DNA of 64,000 nucleotides from an uncultured Nitrospira sp. (GTDB lineage Bacteria; Nitrospirota; Nitrospiria; Nitrospirales; Nitrospiraceae): NCBI GenBank assembly GCA_964642845.1, contig CAZXRB010000001.1, positions 19,754 to 83,753 of the forward strand, read 5' to 3'. Shown piece by piece: positions 63,261 to 64,000 of this stretch (position 1 is its first letter; each line of letters starts with the position of its first letter). The notes under the pieces were generated by a model. It saw only the letters and a program-made list of their open reading frames with translations, ran no database searches and was not told where the DNA came from. The position numbers and the translations under genes were made by a program.

Positions 63261-64000
63261 GATCCCTCTCATCGACTGTAGCCCCCTTCCAGACGGCACG
63301 CACCGACTGAAGAACGCGCTGCATAGAGTCCCGGAGCCGATACAGTTCATGGAACTGAGTCTTGAACGGCCGCGGTGTGCCAAAGTCGTACGACCCCGCC
63401 GGGGCCGGCGCGACATCGTTGGGATACCGGCAGCAGTAGCTGTAGACATAGGCGTTGGTCATGAGGAGGACCAAGGGCCTGGTCAGGGTGTGGGTCGTGA
63501 ACGACTGTAGGTCTTCAACGGACCGCCGGAAAAAGAAATCGGCTTTCGCGCGGAAGAGAGCGCGCTGCTCCTCGACAGCATGTTTGGCGGCGGCACAAAA
63601 GACATTGGCCTTCCGCATGTCCTGTGCGGGCCAGGTTTCGGTAGGAATCAGGACCCGATGCAGCACCTCCATATACGGTACTTCATGGTCCGCCATCCAG
63701 GATGCGTAATGGAGAAGGCTGGCTCGGGCGTAAGCGTACATCTCATCCAATTCACCGCGTTCGCTTTTCACGTCCAGGTATTTCCCGAGGACCTGGAGAA
63801 AGACCGTGTAGGACCAACGATATTCGACATCGTCGAGGTTGCGGAGCGCGATGTTGTCCTGCGGATGGATACAGCGCTTGATCAGCGACTCGGCTTTGGT
63901 GAGGTATCTTTGCTCACCGGTGAGGCTCCACCCGTCCAGCAGCACGCTGATGGAATTGCCGCTGCCCCGTCCGGGGCCGTGGTAACCCGGCGTGGCCGTC
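63253..64000 (-). CDS. Hypothetical protein, 5' end outside the window
   Basis: I checked codon by codon that the frame stays open from the track start (63945, a GTG) to base 63999 (...TATPGYHGPGRGSGNSISVLLDGW...). So this is the C-terminal part of a larger protein, helix-rich, with no family recognised. Confidence 0.5.
   Translation of the reverse strand, partial: TATPGYHGPGRGSGNSISVLLDGWSLTGEQRYLTKAESLIKRCIHPQDNIALRNLDDVEYRWSYTVFLQVLGKYLDVKSERGELDEMYAYARASLLHYASWMADHEVPYMEVLHRVLIPTETWPAQDMRKANVFCAAAKHAVEEQRALFRAKADFFFRRSVEDLQSFTTHTLTRPLVLLMTNAYVYSYCCRYPNDVAPAPAGSYDFGTPRPFKTQFHELYRLRDSMQRVLQSVRAVWKGATVDERDHA

Overview
Bacterial chromosome segment from a diderm organism (it carries KDO and heptose LPS genes and a secretin), coded almost entirely on the minus strand. 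All family calls come from motifs I recognised by eye in the supplied translations. No database search was possible.

Layout:
- 0-24 kb: housekeeping genes. These are plsY, pgsA, kdsD-kdsA-pyrG-kdsB, a heptose kinase, lepB-lepA, divergent bioA-lhgO, and a long pyrimidine/arginine operon (pyrR-pyrB-pyrC-x-carA-sppA-M48-carB-greA). The pyr operon is preceded by a PyrR-type attenuator that can be read directly in the DNA.
- 24-29 kb: a secreted FGE/SUMF1-like protein, then proA translationally coupled to two proteins I cannot assign (591 aa and 230 aa).
- 29-44 kb: one co-directional block. It runs from a lipoprotein-like TPR-secretin-cohesin-like fusion through two pseudopilins, a LysM coiled-coil protein, GspF, GspE and PilM/N/O/P-like proteins, then rfbBDAC, a third pseudopilin with a Ser/Pro/Gly tail, and UDP-glucuronate decarboxylase.
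- 44-64 kb: a lower-GC polysaccharide locus. It holds a WbpO/TviB-like dehydrogenase, two plus-strand secreted proteins behind sigma-54-type promoters (4xBACON+FN3, and a lyase-like jelly roll), two SGNH hydrolases, a Wzy/O-antigen-ligase-like protein, two GT4 glycosyltransferases, two carbamoyltransferases, an SxtJ/DUF5989 pair, a deacetylase-like protein and an AsnB-type amidotransferase.

I saw no rRNA, tRNA, CRISPR array, transposase or integrase. The best candidate for an undescribed system is the minimal type-IV-filament/T2SS-like machine, which is physically fused to nucleotide-sugar and polysaccharide genes. The proA-coupled unknown pair and a recurrent GTCGATCTG inverted-repeat element in the pyr/car operon spacers come second.
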